7,561 bases of DNA. Origin: Amoeboradix gromovi X-113. Taxonomy: Eukaryota; Fungi; Sanchytriomycota. Positions 7,086 to 7,561 of this stretch are shown here, piece after piece. The stretch is taken from contig JADGIF010000499.1 in the NCBI GenBank assembly GCA_018985225.1, forward strand, positions 1 through 7,561, written 5' to 3'. The notes beneath the pieces were generated by a model. It was not told the origin of the DNA and did no database searches. It was given only the letters and a program-made list of their open reading frames with translations. Both the position numbers and the translations under genes were made by a program. How positions within the stretch are numbered: the first letter of the stretch is position 1; the number at the start of each line of letters is the position of its first letter.

Positions 7086-7561
7086 AAACATGAAAAGACG
7101 GGAAATTATGAGTTTAATGTAGATTTGCACTCTTTCTCAATTTTGCATACCCTCTGCACTGGAGGAAACTAGGCACACAAACTAGAATATGTAAAATTTA
7201 CAACTAAAATTGCCATTTCCATCATTCGTGAACCAGTTTGCGAGTTAGTGATTTAGCACTTCAGATGACAAAGAATATGCCTACTATGATTGTTCGTTTT
7301 CAAAACAAACTATCGCGGAATCAGTTTATAAATATTATCACTTGTTTTTGCATTGTATTGACATCTGGGACATGCTCTGTAAAAAGTAGACTGGTGGTAA
7401 AAAACGAGTGACGAGATTTACCCAGTTGAAATTTTCACAACAGTGTCCCATATTTCTTCACCTAGGCAATAGGCGAACTCTCTTTGTTTGTATAATCCCT
7501 TGTCTGCCATGTAGGTCTCCCACCATTCGCTAGCAAACTATCTACCACTTGAAGATTATTA

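Noticed and set aside
7435-7560. Minus-strand frame NNLQVVDSLLANGG...SPIA*VKKYG resembling an ankyrin repeat
   Set aside because: Cut by the window edge, interrupted by a stop, and too short to support without a search.

Overview
AT-rich, gene-dense eukaryotic DNA with the standard genetic code. It looks like a compact fungus-like or opisthokont genome, but the taxon cannot be fixed from this window. Three intact housekeeping genes are present: a TMEM161-family membrane protein (+, 672-1879), an ALDH7/antiquitin aldehyde dehydrogenase (-, 2048-3601) and a Ydj1/DNAJA-type Hsp40 with a CAAX box (-, 5800-7033). There is also a short RGS-domain ORF (-, 4432-4782). The ORF track truncates the TMEM161 gene and splits the Hsp40 gene because each carries one ultra-short GT-AG intron (20 and 19 nt); the two share a GTRCTT...YTAAYTTAG pattern. 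An unannotated dispersed element of about 90-130 bp occurs three times in the same orientation (starting at 6, 4099 and 5632). It has conserved hairpins and short terminal inverted ends, and two copies bracket the RGS ORF plus apparently decayed coding-like DNA. AATAAA signals sit on or just after the stop codons, and a heat-shock-element-like motif precedes the Hsp40 gene.
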